DNA of 64,000 nt, taken from NCBI GenBank assembly GCA_011109175.1, contig RDEW01000045.1:401553-465552 (forward strand), in the 5' to 3' direction. A program made the position numbers and the translations under genes. The notes below the pieces were generated by a model. It did not search any database, was not told where the DNA came from, and saw nothing but the letters and a program-made list of their open reading frames with translations. Position 1 is the stretch's first letter; each line of letters opens with the position of its first letter. Positions 39,500 through 52,400 of this stretch are shown here, piece after piece. The DNA comes from Dicyema japonicum. Its lineage: Eukaryota; Animalia; Dicyemida.

Positions 39500-40900
39500 A
39501 GTTGTGATTTTTTGCTTTATAGTTTGATGGATTTCTATTCTATGTTTTTATTCGATTTTTATTAATTAACAAATCATTATTTTTAAAGCATTTTTTTGAA
39601 ATAATCAGTCAATTTCAAATTTTTCTTATTTCTTAAATTTTTCCAAGTTGAAATCTAAACTCATACTATTTTTGTAATGTCTCAAAAGATGTATTTTGAG
39701 CTATATTTTCTAACTTATCCATCATTTCATAAGTTTTTGATATCGTTGTTTTGTCTTCTGTGTCAACTCCATTATAAAACTCACAACTCTTGACTAGATC
39801 TTCGTTTTCTTCAGATATTACTTCAGTTACTATTTTTTCCACGAGTTCTTCCCCACAATTTTTATCTTCAACTGATTCTTCTCTATTTTCTTCAATTTTC
39901 TTCCAACAATTAATTATTGTTGTTTCTTTAACTTCCATCCACGCTTTTTTAACAAGTACCATAATCTGTCGCATATCTATATTTTTTAAAAATTTAAGAT
40001 TAATTGTTGTATCTTCTTCTAAATTGAGCATAAAATCCATTATGAAGTTTATGTACTTTAAAACACTTTATTATACCCATGTCTAAAGGTTGAATCAAAG
40101 ATGTTGTGTTTTTCGGCAGAAAAAACAATTTAACATTTGAGTATTCCAATAAATAATGGCATGTAGCATTATCCATTATTAAAAGTATTTTTCTATCTTG
40201 TAGGAGAAAGTCGTCGTTAATCTTTGAAAGCCACATTTTGAAAATTTCTCTATTCATCCAGGAATTTTTTGACGCTGCATATAAAATATCGAATTTTTAC
40301 AATCAAAATCTATGTTAAAATATAATTAAGCAAACTTTTCATACAACGAGGTGATTTGTATTTTCCAATAACAAGGGGTCTTAATTTATTTCCTGCTGCA
40401 TTACAGCAAAGGTGAACTTAATCTTTCTTTACTGACCATGACATGTTTCTATAGATTCGACATAAGATCTTGAAGGAAATTTTTTAACATACAAAGATGT
40501 TTCATCACAGTTAAAAATATTTTCAGGACCATAAGTTTTCAACAAATTATCGATTTGAAAGAAAAAATTTGCCAAATTACTTTTATCTGCTGAATTTTTT
40601 TCACCACAAATGGTTTTAAAAACCAGATCATGTCTCTTCTTAAATCTGTCTAACCAACCGTTTGAGGCTTTAAAAGATGTTGAATAATTCAATTTTGTCG
40701 ATATTTTTTTCACGATGGCTTTGATTAAAGTACCCGAAATAGAAAAGGTATCATCCCCCAAACGACGAAAAGCATTAAAAGTTAATTCGTCAAGTTTTTC
40801 AAATTGATTGACTTCATTAGAAACTGGTTCAACTTCATCTATTTGAACTAATCTTGAAATGACTGATCCGGTATTAATGAAAGAAGAAATGTTTTTTTTT
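39500..40900 (-). mobile_element. pogo/Tigger transposase remnant
   Basis: FKASNGWLDRFKKRH (CENP-B-type HTH), IFNCDETSL, LLIMDNATCH, FLPKNTTSLIQPLDMGII. Confidence 0.85.
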
Positions 40901-41399
40901 GATTCGGGAATCAGGTCTATGGAAAATTGTACATCACCCTATCCTTAAAACGCTCTACTCACAGTACATCGAACCATGCATTTCATATGCGTGTGCTTCA
41001 TGGGGACCATTGGCATCTTATACGAACATCAGAAAATTTTTGCAACCCAGAAAAGGGCCTTCAATCTAACTGAAAGATGGTATACATGGGAAAATTTCAA
41101 ATCACCGACCCCCTTGGAGACACTAATTGAAAAAAAACAAAACAGGACACCAATTCCAAGAAGGAAGTGGTCACCCGCAGCGAACTTGTGTAGGCTCAAG
41201 GGATCAACACCGAGCAAAAATGAGAGCCATGATTCAATTTGTCGGAATCACTTGTATTCAGATATGAATAGTGGACACAACCTTCTACTTTTTACTATAA
41301 TACGAAAAGCTTCCATTCTAAAAAGAGTCACACTTTCACGGACTAAATAATGTAAAGTGGAGAAAGTTCGTATGTTTCGTCGACCACTTCTTGTGCTGA

Positions 41400-41950
41400 T
41401 TCATACAGAACATTTCATGTTTATCGACAACGCTGTACATTTTTCAACAAATTTGTCCTGGAGGGCATGAGAAAATACATTAAAAGAAAATCTTTGCTAT
41501 GACGAAGAAAGGAGACACAAGGTAACCAAGGTAAGAAACCATTTGAAAAACCTCCAGACCCAGTCTCAAGAAACTAGGGAGAGAATTCGACCCCGCCATC
41601 AAAAGTCTCTAGTATAGTCAGTCGACATTCAAAAAGCGTTTAACAAGGTCTCGAGGAAAATTCTGAATAGGATCCGACCAAACTGAAACTTTGGATTGCA
41701 AACAAATATTTCCCATCTTACGTTCACTAAGTGCAACTCTGTACTGAGAGATAGAAATATTAAGTAACTATCAAGTCCCTTCATGAGGCTATACTGAATA
41801 ATGGATTTGAAGAACATCGTTGAATTTTACTGCTCAGTGCAGGCATGTTAAATATAATGATCCTTTGTGCGGTCTTCGTGTTTGACATGCCTGATCTAGT
41901 GGATGTCGTATCAGACCACATAAGGAAGCTACATAGCTTTGAGATTACAG
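41400..41950 (+). mobile_element. Degenerate LINE RT remnant
   Basis: SVDIQKAFNKV motif and flanking broken RT similarity. Confidence 0.4.
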
Positions 41951-42199
41951 TATTTATGTTGCAAAGCAAGAACTGGAAGATTCAAAAATTAAATTAACAA
42001 AAAATAAAACGAAGCTGGAGATCGAACTCCTTAATTCCTAAGAAATTCCCCCTTGAGATATCATGCCCCTTCACAACCTAGAAAAATACCAGACTAGCAG
42101 CCTTATCGATATCTTTGTCTGGTGACGTATCTTAGAGCTCAAACTCCGAAAGGAGGCACCACTTAATTGCCCCTGACGGAATCCCGTCAGATAGAGGAT

Positions 42200-42700
42200 G
42201 TCCTTAATTACGTATTACTGGGTTAGTCTAGGGTTTACCACTATGAATTTAGCTTCGTCGGACAAGTTAAATGAAGGTAACTAATAGGGTGTTTTGGAAG
42301 CTTTCGTATTATTGCAGAAACCAGTTCCACCACCTTTTAACGTCTGCAAACGTACCAACGTAAAACTTCCGTTATATATCCTTGCTAAGCAATTTTTTAG
42401 ACTGTCTTGAATCTTTTAAAAGGGATCGTCTGTATCCTTTAGATACGGGTGCATTGTTCATCTGAATGCCTCTTAAAAAGATAATATTACATAAACACAG
42501 GGTAGCATACATCTCGACAAATTCATTTGGACGAACTATCGAGAATTTTGACCGAGTCAATGTTTAAGAACCATCCGAACGACACAAACATAAACGAACA
42601 AATCTCCCTTTTCACGACAAGCTCTTAGCAACTTTCAAGATCCTGGTCTTACTGGATTTACCTTTTTCAGGACCTCCTCCATCTCCCATCCTTTAGGGAC
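42200..42700 (-). mobile_element. Degenerate RTE-like 3' end
   Basis: KGYRRSLLKDS..KDI resembles the RTE C-terminus. Includes the 86-bp segment repeated at 44030-44115. Confidence 0.4.
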
Positions 42701-42858
42701 ACTAAACCTTCTTCAACCCTGCATTAAAAAATCTGATTCTCTTCAAAACTGAATGTAGTCCTCATGTCTTATTCTAAGCATTATTTTACATATCAACAAT
42801 ATTAGCCAAATATTAACTTTAAACTGACAAAAACGATTTAAAAGTTATGATTATTTTA

Positions 42859-43928
42859 TTACATCATGGATACAATGGCTAATTGGAGAGCGTCCTCATA
42901 TGTCCTTGAAGCTCCAATAAAGCCATTAGAATGAACAAAAATAAGATCAAGTCCACTCTTGGAAACCAATTCGTCATCTCTGAGACCTCTAAACTCTTCC
43001 TTCAACGGATTCCTTTAATAAATAGCCCAGTGACCTTAAATCAAATTTGTTTTTATTCGAGACTGCTTTAACTGAATAACTGTCTTCTCTCACATTTCTG
43101 ACAATGACGTAAAGCACGTGGCCTTCAATATTATTCATTTTTTCTAGTTTTTTTAGCTCATTGTCATATGGACAATATTTATCAAAGTACATGATTCTGC
43201 CACTAGAATGGACAATATGGCGACTGTGGAATGCCTTTGAGACAAGATTGAAAATCAAAGTGGTGGACTTTATGCAATAAGTAAGTCTGGAATTGAACTC
43301 ATCTCCCACCATTTTCATAGCATCAATAAAGTTGCCAATCTATAAACTGAGTTAATTTGCTTAACTTGGTCGTCATTTTCTGGAGTTTCTTCGTACCAAG
43401 GACGGTTACACAGTTCGACACGGGCACTTAAGTCAGAATATTTATAATATCTATGAAATACTCAAATCCTCAAACTTGAACTCTGAACAGTCACAAACGG
43501 GACATCCATTATCGATGGCGTCTATCTCCATAATAAAGGTTTCGTAAAACTTGTAGAATATATCATCGACTTGATTCTCACTCAAAGACGAGTCAAATTC
43601 ATTAATTATGCGTTTTCCGTAAAAATAGTAGATAAGTCCAGTTGAGTTCAGTTTTATGTCAAAGTCATATTTTCCGTTAGAAATGGTAGAAAATGTCTCC
43701 TTGAATGAGCTCTGATGATGGTCGTACAATTTTTTCGAATGGTCAAAGATGCAGCCAATGTCGAAAACAATGTCACAAGTTTTCAAAATAGAAGGATCTC
43801 GAGTTCTAAGGTGTGGAATTATATAACCTGTGAATTGATGCATCCTTGAATTCTTTTAGTCGTTTGACCATATAACAAGCGAGTACGTCATCACAGTGGA
43901 ATCTTCCAGTATGTGTGCCAATCCTCAT
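42859..43928 (-). CDS. MYG1: MYG1 exonuclease (UPF0160)
   Basis: [19 protein letters not shown]|[47 protein letters not shown]. Four GT-AG introns of 22 (43827-43806), 25, 26 and 22 nt. No frameshift seen. Confidence 0.97.
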
Positions 43929-43949
43929 GATGCTTAATATTTGAATTAT

Positions 43950-44035
43950 TATAAGAAAAAATATTATTATTATTATTATTATTACCCCCAGGATCACTGG
44001 GTCAAAGAGAAAGAAATAAAAGTTCTCATTTAAAT
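43950..44035 (-). mobile_element. Short retroelement 3' end with (TAA)n tail
   Basis: atgagaacttttatttctttct(c)tttgacccagtgatcc plus (taa)n, shared with 60977-61030. Confidence 0.65.
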
Positions 44036-44115
44036 GAAGGTAACTAATAGGGTGTTTTGGAGGCTTTCGTATTATTGCAGAAACCAGTTCCACCACCTTT
44101 TAACGTCTGCAAACG
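44030..44115. repeat. 86-bp direct repeat of 42267-42352; followed by 98 bp (44115-44212) repeated at 47829-47926
   Basis: Direct sequence comparison. Confidence 0.9.
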
Positions 44116-44259
44116 GTAGATATATACATTAAAAACCCGACTCACATAAGTAAATCGCTGGGAAAGGTAATAGTATACGTATAACCTTTCCTGAGATATC
44201 AGGATATTTTGAGAGGACGAGTCCGGCGAGGTCGAGAATCCTAAACAGCTCTTCTCATT

Positions 44260-44700
44260 GGACATGGCATCGGCTCAAAATTTCTGTATGATTGTAGATA
44301 TCGATAGTGTATGGAATAGAGAGCAGCTCGGTAAACTAGCCTCCTTTAAGAGTTTCCGTTGTAATTCTATTAAGAAATATTCAATGGGCTGGATTTTGTG
44401 TTCTGGTCCAATTAACCTTATTGCAAACTCCTCGATTGCATATTGTTTCAATGAAGAGAATCATGAAATCTGCACTGCCCATGATGGACTTGCATACGTC
44501 ATCGTTGGTCGTATAAATTGTTCATAAATCGTGGCAAGGCCACCAGTTTGGTCTCTAAGTGTTTTATATTAATAATTTATTATTTATTATATAACTTTCA
44601 AAAAGGGAACACCAATAAAGAAGGAATCAAACTTAGTGACCCCGGTATTCAAAAACAGTCGTTCGTAATTCCAAGTGCTTTTCCATATCCCATTTTTTTA
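44260..44700 (-). mobile_element. Ingi/Jockey-type RT C-terminal remnant
   Basis: EQFIRPTMTYASPSW motif. Confidence 0.55.
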
Positions 44701-45728
44701 GCAGAATTTAAAGAGGTGAGGATTTCTTTTGATATTTAAATAAACGATCATAATAGACGCAACAGAGAGCGAGAAAACCCGATTCACTCTTCTGGATTCA
44801 GACTGGTCAACGACGGAAAGAATTAAATAAAGAGGTTTAAGAAAAACCATTTTCCTTTTTAAGCAGTTTGTGATCTCGTAATTTAAGACTGACATGCCAT
44901 AAACTTAGGAGACATAGGGGTAACCCACCGTTGGTTTTAGGAGCTGATTTTATAAGGAGGAAGCACATTTGCGGCGAAGATCTTGGGGAGAAGAGGTTTT
45001 TGTGACGGATAAAGCCGAAATTTAAGATTGTCCTTATAATGTTGAATTTCCAAACACTCATTTCCCAAATTTTAGCGAACATATTAATTTTTTGCTTTAT
45101 TACAAAAATTGTTTTAATGATAATAAACCGAGAGCAATGGGTCAAAGGTTCTAGGATGTCTCTGTATGAGTTCTCAATAAAGGTTGATTTTCATTTTATC
45201 TTTTAGTTTTCGGTCTGTGATAAAAAATGGTGTATTATAATTTTTAGAGTGTGCAAAAAGTTTGTTCAGATTGTTTAAGAGTGATTAAAGTTCTGATTTC
45301 ACCGTATCCACATATCTGTTTCGGCTTGCAATAAATAATCTGTCCAGGGCAAGATTAGACGTTCAAGAAAAAGTTGAAAAGTGATGGAAAAAATGATCCT
45401 TTAGGGGTGCCATATTTTAAAAAGGCTAAATTTGGATTTTGAATGCCCTATACATAATTGACCCCTTCGTTTGGTTAAGAGTTTGGATCTCCAGCGTGTA
45501 AAAATAGAATGAATGAGTTATTCATATAATAAAATTAAAAAAAATTAAATTTACTCATAGGCTGTGAAATTTCAAAGTGGGCGGCGGGAAAAAAAGTTGA
45601 CAACAACTGGCTCTATTGGAATAAACTCAATATTTGGAAAATTTTCTCCAAAATGTTTGATCCTGAAAAAAGTGATGAAGAAAGTACTCGAATCCTACAA
45701 AACTAAGTACAGGGAGCATCATGAAATC

Positions 45729-46886
45729 CACCATGAGGAGATGAAGACACAAGCTAAAGTGCACAAGTCATTAGTCTAACTATTCGACCAATTAACCACT
45801 AACTCGTCATATTCATTAGTTTTTTAAACTGTACTTTATAAATAACACATTTAATGATAAACATTTTAAATTAATGTCTAACATATTGTAAAAACCAATT
45901 ACTTTAACAGTTGTTTGTCTATAATCGATTATACTATAAACCATCTTAGTTTTTCCAGTTTTGAACAATGAATCGATAATACGCTATGGTCTTGGTTAGA
46001 ATTCTTTCTGTCACTAAATTCGAAGAACTAGTCTCCATTGATGAAGAACATGGGAATTAATTCTTGTTTTATTAATAAGAACTTTTACAGGATTGTTAAT
46101 AAAACCAACAAAACCGAAATTAGTAACAGAATTAATGAAACTAACTAATCGTTGTTGACATCACTTTCATCCATATCTTCATCACCGAAATTCATTTTAA
46201 TCTCCTCATCTTCTAATTCTTTGGCTATATTTTCATCATCAAAATCTTCTGTTGTGTCTTCAACATAATCATTTGAATTCACAGTTCCTATCAATTCTAT
46301 TATCTATTTTTACTTATTTTCTGAATAACCAACAATGAAAACAATATTGATATGACAAAAATCATTTCACTTGAAATTACAAAAATTTATTACATAAATA
46401 AGGTTAACCATAAATAAACTAAAAAATTTTAATATTAAAATTAAAAGTTAAAATGTAATTTCTTACTTAGTCTGTTTTTTTACCTCTTTGTAGACCACTC
46501 TTCTGAAGGTAGTAGAAAGGTAGGGTAAGTCGAACGGTTCTCTTCCATGCAGAACTTGCACTGAGCGCCATCATAACTACAAATGAACCTCATGACGCCA
46601 CGCTTAAAATTTCATTTCTTTGAAAATTATTTTATATACTAAAATTACTGAACTACGCTGTTTTACTATGCCTAATTATGTAGAAATTGCTTTATTTAAG
46701 AAACGAAACTCTTTCTCAAAAACCTAACTCCAACTTTCTCTAGATATTTGATGTTTCACAGAGACCTTAGACTCGGGAGAGGTGGAAGGCTCCTTACCAT
46801 CGTCAGGAGTCAGATTCAAGTTGAGGATTTATAGGATAAAATATCAACTCGTTTCCTCCCCGAAGATCCTTTTGAACATCTTACTA
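45729..46886. repeat. Segmental duplication copy 2 (uninterrupted, about 1.16 kb)
   Basis: Matches 35344-36127 plus 38963-39356. Confidence 0.95.
46145..46640 (-). pseudogene. Spliced gene fragment: hydrophobic TM segment plus acidic C-terminal tail
   Basis: GT-AG introns 46483-46419 (65 nt), 46393-46370 (24 nt) and a 26-nt one join in frame: ..SAWKRTVRLTLPFYYLQKSGLQR-VYLWLTLFI-EMIFVISILFSLLVIQKI-RTVNSNDYVEDTTEDFDDENIAKELEDEE..ND*. An in-frame TGA lies upstream in this copy. Confidence 0.45.
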
Positions 46887-46889
46887 TTA

Positions 46890-47200
46890 AGATACGTTTT
46901 TCCTCCTTCTGAATGACGATTGTCAGTATTTACATTCCTCTTCATCTTTTTTTCCTCGTGGTTATCCCTCTAACTGGGTCATTTCACCCAAATATAAAAA
47001 AGTCTTAATATGTGGCGACCTGAATGCAAAGATCCCCTCTGGTATACAAACCATCAACTGGACCGGAGAGGTTCACTTCTATCAAATAACATAAACGACT
47101 TATTAATCCTCAATAATCAGAACAAACTCGCCATATCTTCACCTGGAACGTCATTTATGATTTTCATTACAATCTAATACTCTTGAAATTTTTGAGTAAA
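46890..47200 (+). mobile_element. Degenerate APE endonuclease remnant
   Basis: IVSIYIP and VLICGDLNAK motifs. Confidence 0.5.
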
Positions 47201-47611
47201 CGTATGATGATTCAGACCCCTTAAACCATCAAACTGACCTGGGTTCACGTCTTTAATTGAGAGTTGCCTCTACTATCTCAATAGCATAGTTGAAGCATTT
47301 GGGTCATTCGCAATCGAAGTGATTATCTACATTTTCAACCACTCGATTAACAAAAACGAAATTCCAACGATATTGAAAAAAAATTCTTAATATATGCGAT
47401 ACTGAAAAAAAACCTGAGACGACCCTTTCTCTTATTGGCCGATATCAATCTTGTGTGGACTGTCACGAACAGTGGAGAAATTAGTTTTTCAGAAGATAAC
47501 CCTTTCTTACAATTTCCATTATTCTAATTTTGATTCAGAGAAGGATACTCCACTTCTACAAACATGACGAAGCTGATTCAATTTATCTCTGACGGATCGA
47601 ATTACTTAAGA

Positions 47612-47625
47612 CAGTGGTTCCCAAC
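47612..47625 (+). repeat. Isolated hAT-like terminal sequence CAGTGGTTCCCAAC (similar ends CAGGGGTCGAC at 22017 and 27738)
   Basis: Resembles hAT/Charlie-type TIR starts. No inverted partner found. Confidence 0.35.
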
Positions 47626-49199
47626 ATTAAGGTGCTCGAGGAACCTTTTTGGGTTAATTTATTTTTTGCAGAACCCTTACAATTCAATTATTACAATTTT
47701 CACTTAAAACATAATCGTAACAACTAAAACAATTTTAATGTGAACATTGAGGTAACTTTTTATCATAGCATTTTGTGTAACGTTAGGAGTTATTGTTGAC
47801 AACTGTATCTTCATATCAGGGAAGTTTTGGTAGATGTATACATTGAAAACCCGATTCACATAAGTAAGTCGCTGGGAAAGGTAATAGTATACGTATAGCC
47901 TTTCCTGAGATATCAGAATATTTTGAAATGTATGCTCTCCAAATATTAAAAAGGGATTCATTTTATATATCTGATTTGACGTTAAATCAATAAGATGTTC
48001 ATATTCAATTGATGTTAGATTTGCTGGTATAGCTTTAACTTTGAACGGATTTTGAACCCAATCGTCATCAAATTTATCAGGAAAATATTTCGCAATGTTA
48101 TCTCACAAAATTACCAAATGATATTTGATGTCCTGAAGTAATGTATCATCCAATGCGCATTTTGATTCATCATTACTCCCCTTTTTTTATTACTCCCCTT
48201 TAATTTAATAATAATGTTTCCCTTAATAAAATGTTTAATTTTCAATGCACTCATCCGTGGATGAACTTAAAAAATCCCTGACGTGTGTGTCTTTCATTGA
48301 AAAGCTGGTAATTTGGAAAATTAGACCTCACTTGCTTTCTTGCCACTTCCAACATGGATTCAGATCGGGGAGATCTACAACAACACATTTAACCTTTTTG
48401 ACACAATTTATTTAGGAAGCTTAAACAAACCCGGGCAGCATACGGAAATATTAATCTCGTTGGACATTTAAACGGTCTTTGACTCAGTCCCGAGAAACTT
48501 ACTAACGAAAAAGTCCTTTTATTTTATTTTAGTAAACCAATAGCCAATTTCCTCACCGGACAAAAGGGCCGTTAAATCGTACAAGATCAAGATTAAAATG
48601 ATTGCCATTTTCTTCTAAACTTTTCACCTTATTCTTACACGATTTAACATGCCCTGAAGGAGGTAATGCAACGTTCATAACCCACGGGCTGATTTAATTA
48701 TTGCAAGTCGAAACAAATCCGTGGATATTTACTTCTATTGAAAAGTGGATGTATCATTTTCCAACTGATTTGGAAAGAAAACTGGATATTTCGATAAAAA
48801 TGGAATCTACCAGGTTTTGAACAAGTTAATATGAAGACTATCAGAGAAAGTCAGGAGTAAGTCCTGATTGATTCTATTGCGAAAAAGTCGCTTTACTCTA
48901 TGCTTTTTAGCATTTACGAAGATGGAAACGTTGATCATGCCGTGGAAATAACAACCCGAGATCAGATAGGATGTATTGTTTATCAAGAATCCTATTAGGC
49001 ATGAAGATAGAGAGAGACGTAGATATTTGCAATGTTGCAAATCCGCTTTTAATGTTCCATCGTTTATTAGTGATTGTAGTTTTGAGGAGAATACAAAATC
49101 TATGTTATCCTCTCTATCACATTCTCCTTCTCTTATGGCCCAACCCGACCAACAACACAGACTCGTCCTGAATAACATATAAAGTCTTCGTTGTCCCAA

Positions 49200-49437
49200 T
49201 TTGTCAATTTTGTTCCTTTCCAAAGTAGCATATTTGGGTCGTTAGTCCTTTTTTAATGGTAACGTCCATCAATCCTTTTTCAAGAGTAAGTCCATATTTG
49301 TGTTCTACTCGCATGCTCTCCAAGGTCTTCTTGATTAATTGAGATTGGATGTACGCTCCTATAGGACTCTCCACGTTAAGCGAAGCATGATGATGTTTAT
49401 AAAACCTTGATACAATTCCATCCCAGAAAAGCACTAT
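49200..49437 (-). mobile_element. R4/Dong-like element 3' fragment, ends at N gap
   Basis: WDGIVSRFY..AYIQ..KKTLESM.VE.K.G matches 6582-7307. Confidence 0.7.
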
Positions 49438-49438
49438 N

Positions 49439-52400
49439 ACCCATACATGTCCTCCATATGCCTTGGTTTGGGGATCTGCTTCATTTGTGGCTGCTGGAGG
49501 AGATATGAAAATTTTATGTTATAATAAAGAAGGAAAATCTTTTCAATATTTCGATTATGGACATGATTCTACTGAAAAGAGTTTTGATGTTGGTGTAGCG
49601 AGTCCCCAAGGTAATGTGATTGTTATAGGTTCATATAATAGGTATATATGTGATTATTAAATAGATTGAGAGTTTATGCATGGAAAAATAATAAACAAAT
49701 GTGGGAAGAAAATAATAAAATAGATATCGAAAATTTGTATAGTATAACTTGTATGGTTTATTCTAATGATGGAACTAAAATTATTATTGTAATATTATTT
49801 TATTTGTTTATAGGGCACTTTATGTGGTTCTGTTGAGATATTTGATTGCTGTTTAAAAAAACACTTTATCAAAATCGTTATGAAATGAATTATTCTAGTG
49901 GATCTCAAGTCATAGTCAAAGATCTTGAAACCACTTCAACCTTTCGTGTTCATTCTTCACGTGGATCCGATATTGAGTCAATAAAAGTAATTGGAAGTAA
50001 CGAAGTGATTGTTGCCATTTCTTCAGATACTCTTATATTTTATGATATAATTTCAGGTACTACTACTGAGGTAATATTATAAAATATTAAGATACCTTGG
50101 AATATTTCATTTAATAACATAAAATTTTAAAATTTAATTTTGAAAATGAAAATGTATATATAATATATAACGAGGAACAACTTTCCGTTGTTGAATTTGG
50201 TGCTTCTGAAATTCTTTTATCTGTTAGAACTCATTTTTATAAACCAAATGTAGTGAGGTTTGTTTAAATATAAATTTAGTGTGAGACTCAAAGGAACCTC
50301 AATAAATGTTAAAGTTATGGCCTATTTAATTGATCATAATACTATTGGAATAAGTATATATTAATTTTTATTAATAGTTAATTTAGAAAGTGGAATATCT
50401 GTTATGGAAATACATCATTCACAAAAAATAGATTGGCTTGAAGTATATTTTATTTATTACTTAGTTGAGTGAAAATTGTGAATACCTTCTATTTAGAGAT
50501 AAATCTGTTAAAGTTTATTATTTTTAATTATTTTAGTTATTCCTTTATTCAAATAATACTAAACAAAGTCGTATGCTATTGGATTATTGTTCATTTGCTC
50601 AAGTAAGTAATTAATACATTTCAGTGGATCCCTGAAAGTGATATTGCATGTGCTCAATCACAAAATGTACTCAATGTATGGTACAAAATGACCTTCTTGG
50701 ATGAGGTGACTCAAATACAAGTCAAGGTTTGTCAATAATTGACTATCTAAAGGGTGATGTAATTGGAATTGAAAGAAATAAAGGAGTGGCTGAAATTTTG
50801 GTGAATTCAGGGAACATAATTACTAGAGTCCCTATGAACAACAAAATGGTAGAATTCCAAAATTCCATTAACTCTGGGGATTTATTAAAGTGAATAAAAT
50901 TTAATATATTAAAGAGCGGCACAGTTTCTAGAATCATTTGAAAAAGGATCAGAAACTGATTATATGTGGAATGACCTAGCCCAGTTAGCATTGGATAAAG
51001 GGAATATTACTATTGCTAATTGGTAATTCACTTTATAATTTTATAGGTGTTTTGCTGCTTTGTGTGACATTACGAAATTGGATTATTTAAAAAAAGTAAT
51101 TGATTCATGTAAAGAATCATTAAACGGAGAAAACTATAGTTTAAAGGGTGAATTGGCAGTTTTAAGAAAAAATATATATCTTGCAGAAACTATATATTAT
51201 GAACAGGTTAGTAGTGATATAATTTTAAAGAACGATGTTGATGCGATTATTGAAATGTATTTGAGATTAAATAAATGGGAAGAAGCAATTTTTGTTACTA
51301 GAATGAAGGTTATTGGTAATCTATATTATAGGACCCAATAAAACATAAAGAATTAAACGACTCTTATTTTCAATGGTTAATGAGTTCTGGACAGGAACGA
51401 AAGGCAGCTCAAATTTAAGAATCAAACGGTGACTATAAGGATGCAATTGAACTATATTTAATTTCTGGATCTCCTATCAGTGCTGCAAAAATTATATCTT
51501 CGCATCATGTACTTTAATATTATAAATAAGAATTTAAAAAATGATCAAATTTTGATAAATCGTATTAAGAATGGACTTATAACAGCTCAATTATATGAAC
51601 AAGTTATAATTATTACTTATTAGGCTGGTGAATTTCTAGAATGTACATCAAACATGGAAGAAGCTTATCAGTGTTATAGTAAATGGAATATATTTTCTAA
51701 AGGTTTTACATTTTACTATTTAGCTATCAAAATTGCTAGAAAAATATATCCGGACAAAGTCCTTATTTTAGAAGAAAGATTTGCAGATTATTTAGTGGAA
51801 AATAATGAATTTGATTCTGCCTTAAATCATTATATTGAAGCTGGGTTGAATTATTATAATTTTTAAAGAAAAACTTATAAAGCTTTAGAAACTGCAATAA
51901 AATCAGAACAATGGAATGTTGCTGTTCAAATATTAGACAGTTTGTCTCTTTATAATATAAATGAATATAATGAATATTACAAACAGATTGCAATTCATTA
52001 TGAACAATCTGGTAATCTAAAGGTAATTGTATTTTAATGATTTGAAGGCATCAGAAGAAATATATTTAAAAATAGGATGCCCTAGAGAAGCAATAGAAAT
52101 GTACACAAAACACCAAAAACTATTGGATGCTCAAAATGTATGAATTATAATTATGTTAGTTGGCAAAAACCTATTTGACTACAGAAGAAGCAGAGTCATT
52201 TTTAGTCGAAAATGCGGTTAAAATGGAGGAATCTATGAAATTAAAAGAAGCTGAAAGGTTAAAAAAATAATTTATTAAAGATTATATATAAATTCAGGAC
52301 ATCCAGATAAAGCCATATCAATGTACATGAAGAACAAATTGTATGATGATATGATTAGAGTAATAAAACAATACCACCCAGAACATTTAAATGAAATTTA

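Noticed and set aside
42220-42240. Telomere-like gggttagtctagggttt
   Set aside because: Two imperfect units only.
46540-46600. SEC13-like CSYDG..EEN in an alternative frame of the duplicated unit
   Set aside because: It is not conserved in the other copy (stop) and not in the frame supported by splice sites.
48800-49200. Short ORFs on both strands upstream of IFT172
   Set aside because: No recognisable motif. They lie before the N gap and are not the missing IFT172 N-terminus.
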